Shown: positions 60,881-64,000 of the stretch, in pieces
Layout: each line of letters opens with the position of its first letter
How positions within the stretch are numbered: position 1 is the stretch's first letter
Assembly: GCA_008632985.1 (NCBI GenBank)
Contig: QPGO01000073.1
Coordinates: 62,001 to 126,000, forward strand
Origin: Psammoneis japonica
Taxonomy: Eukaryota
Reading direction: 5' to 3'
Length of the DNA stretch: 64,000 nt
Translations under genes and position numbers: made by a program
Notes under the pieces: model-generated
The model's input: only the letters and a program-made list of their open reading frames with translations
What the model was told of the DNA's origin: nothing
Databases searched by the model: none

Positions 60881-63413
60881 CTACTTCTTTTCTTCTCCTT
60901 TCGGCATCGTGAGGCCACCAGTTTCCAAAAACTCTTGGGGAACTTCATCGTTGGGGATCGTCTTCCAGTTGCCCTTTTTATAGCCCGCAATCCACAAGCG
61001 AGCTGCATCCGCGGGGAGAGCCTCCGAGTGGAACACGGTCGTGGGGAAAATCTCACACTCGGACACGACCATACGAAGATCCGCCACCTTTTCCTCGTAT
61101 GTGCCATTGATGAGGGACGGCGACGTTGACGAAATGCCCACCAGAAAATCCTGAAGTTACAGAGGGGAGAAGAATCCATGAGAGAGGCTGCTCCAAGCGC
61201 ATACGCACAGCTCACGCGTCGCTACCAAACCGCATCTCGTTCGTACTTACCGCTCGGAACATGTCCTTGTGTTTGGCTAGTTCCTCCGCCTGCCTGACAA
61301 GCTCAGGCCAGTTGAGCCAATCAAAGTGAAACTTGTCGGAAGCGCCCTCGGCGGCCGTGCCGTTACGGTAGAGGAAGCCAACAAAGAAACGGTTATCCTC
61401 TTCAATGATATTCATCTGAGCGGCCCACACGCGGCCCCAAATGACGAAAATACAGAGTTCCAGCGGAGAATGATCCCAACGATTGAAATCTACAAGACGC
61501 TCTTCAACGACAAAGCCTGGCTTGACGTTCTTGAGAGCCCACGATTCGTGTGGTTTGGCTTTGCCGTGCAGATTCTTGGCAATACTCTCAGCCACCACCC
61601 AATTGTCGAAGGTCTTGTCCTCATCTGGCTTAAGTTGCTTTGCGACACTACTCACAATCGTCTCGTTGCTTTCCAAGTCACGAGATACCAACCAAATGCC
61701 GTTGGATTCACTGTAATGTCCGGGCTTGGCGGCATAATCCGTATTGTTGGGGAGCATTTGATAAATGACCTTTTTCTCTTGCTCCATGTCCCCTGTTTCA
61801 GTTAATTCATGAGCATAATGCAAGGCGTACAACTTAGGTTGGTCATAGCCATTTAGTGGAAGCCACCGCTTCCGAGCCACCTTGTCGACATAGAAACTCA
61901 ACGAGGGTCGTTCCAGTTTATTACGATAGGCCAAAATCTCCTTCCATCCTTCATGTCCTTGAATCATATCGGAAATATCAAAGTTTTCGTACAATTCGAA
62001 CGGAGGTTCATTCACGTTATCGGGTTTGATATCATTTTGTTCGTCGTGGGTCATTTTGTAAGTTCCCAAATTGACACCGGCCACTTCATAGTCAGTTTGA
62101 GTGAACGTAGACCAGGCGAATGGATCGATTTGAGCCGAAATAACGTTGCGCATGGCCGTAATGAGTGTTGTATGATATTGATAGATCAAAGCACGCTCGT
62201 GTTTGGGAAGATTGACCATGTAGCTGGAACCTGGTAAATACTCCAACAGTGCCTCAAGACGATCCAGTTCATCATGGAGTGGCTCGAGTGCTTTATCATT
62301 ATGTGTTGGACGTCCAGGAGGCCACTCGACAATCAACGTACTCTCTTCGCCATCTGTTTCTTCTCCAGCTTCATGTAATTCAAACGAGATAGAGTGTGCC
62401 AGTCCGTCTTCGTCTTCGACACGAAAATCAAATTGCTGTGGATATTCTTCGATAATTCCACCATCTTGGAAGAGCCGTGGCGTCCCAATGGGTTTTCCTA
62501 ATCCCACACTGCCATGAATCGGTTCACCTTGTTGTATCGTTCGAGCGGCCACAATGATGATATCACTTCCTACCGCATACGTCTTCAACTGGGTATTGTA
62601 GTGGGAACCACCCCGATGCGAATATAGATCAAAGAATGGCATCATGCACTCCTGAAAGGAATCTTGTGTCTGATCAGGTGTCTTGAAGCCATTACTACGA
62701 TAACCTACAGTCAAAAGTGCCGCCTTTTTGCCCAGCTCATCACTCATACTGCCACCACACGCATTGACATACCAATCCAAACTGCCGCCGACATTCTGCG
62801 TTGGAAGAAAATCACCAATCAATCGTTTCAGCAATTCTTGTCCAGATTCACTCCATCCATCCGGGAGAAGCATGGGTCGAGTATAAAAGTCCAGCAATCG
62901 CAAATAGGGAGCATAGAAAGATGCAGAGGGGTCATTATAATATGACTCCAGTTCTCTCTTCAAGACGTGCACTGTTTCACACAAGTCCGTCTCTATGGGG
63001 TCCTTGGGTGAAATAATTAATTTCCAAGGCACGCGGACAAGTGTCGTACCGCCCGGAATAAGTGAACGTGCATAAACCTTTCGCGGAGACGTAATGTCCG
63101 TTGGGTCATCTCGGCGTATCTCCTGACGATCATCGACAGTTCCACCGTTATTACGAATCCACTCAATCAAATCAGCAATCAAGGTTGGTTCTTGTGTTAG
63201 TAATGATGATGAGCCAGCATCCTCCTCATTCTTGTATTCCCCCATAGTTCCATCGGAATTCACTTCCATGAAAGCATCTGGATTCTCTGGCGCTGCTTCC
63301 GTGACAGTCGTTGCCGCTGTATTAGTAGCCTCCGCATAACAATGGGACCCTATCAACAGCACCAGCATCAGCAGCACTGCTGCTGTTCCTGAGTGCTTGC
63401 AGTGAAGCAGCAT
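60881..63413 (-). CDS. Signal-peptide protein with SET/Rubisco-LSMT-like domain fused to a TupA-like ATP-grasp domain; one intron near 61151-61250
   Basis: Hydrophobic N-terminus. SET-like motifs LIEWIRNNGG, VPWKLII, MMPFFDLYSHRG and AARTIQQGE. ATP-grasp-like motifs YVDKVARKRWL, AKPGH.S, PGFVVEE, FVIWGRV, DMFRA|DFLVG and VVSECEIFP. Confidence 0.72.
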
Positions 63414-64000
63414 GGTGATGGAAACGATATCGGTGTAAAGTGCACTTGTTTACGGATTCTAAACACAAAAGTGATGAGAAAAAAGAATTGAGAAGAGGTG
63501 AAATACAAGCACTTATTCTCTCGATAAGCAGTTCACCGCGGTCTGTTATCTCAAGAATAAGCACCAAATCAAGAACAAAGAACTATAACAACTCAGGTAC
63601 AAGACAAAATGTCCTCTGACACATAAAGCAAAGCTATAGGAATATATACTCAGCCAACTAACGACAACAGCCTAGACAAAAGTTTTACTTATTATTACTG
63701 ACGTCTCTTTTGTCATTATGATTGTCACAAGATTTATTATTTATGGGATGGTCGTGTTACCTTGAGAAAATACTTGTCTTCTTTTATTTCCCGCTTCTTT
63801 TTTCTAAGTATCGACTTTGCCTTCCATTTTCAATTTTGTCTGCGCATGTTGAACACGGCGCGCGAAAAAACGCGACGACTTCGCGCAGTACTTCGCACCT
63901 CGCACCCTGCATCCTTCGCATGTCGCATGCCTTCATGTTCTGCTTTTGAGCTTGGAGCGATGTAGATGTTCTGGGTTCACTTCACCTCCTATCTTTGTTC

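Overview
Eukaryotic genomic DNA with short GT-AG introns, most likely from a diatom. This is inferred from the IDI-squalene synthase fusion gene, a diatom-type Copia pol and a stramenopile-type Crypton. Gene-dense blocks of normal composition carry a PPK2-like gene, Rab7, an SDR, an ankyrin-like gene, a tandemly duplicated LysM-like/F-box-like pair, glucosidase II alpha, pyruvate dehydrogenase kinase, IDI-SQS, an ICMT-family gene, a DTW-domain gene and a SET+ATP-grasp gene. These blocks alternate with sharply bounded TE-rich domains at about 2950-6260, 28600-45230 and 51840-56880, plus a small patch at about 10006-10328. The main discovery is that TpA dinucleotides in these domains have been almost entirely converted to TpG or CpA (A-to-G on either strand), alongside ordinary CpG decay. 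Conserved Tyr codons of the Copia RT/RNase H and of the Crypton recombinase read Cys or His. Paired LTRs and repeats differ by reciprocal TG/CA and TA/TG/CA changes. The loss of TAA/TAG creates long spurious ORFs in all six frames. This looks like a TE-domain-targeted 'inverse-RIP' hypermutation process. Many host genes carry single-base frameshifts that are probably assembly errors. All counts were made by eye and are approximate.
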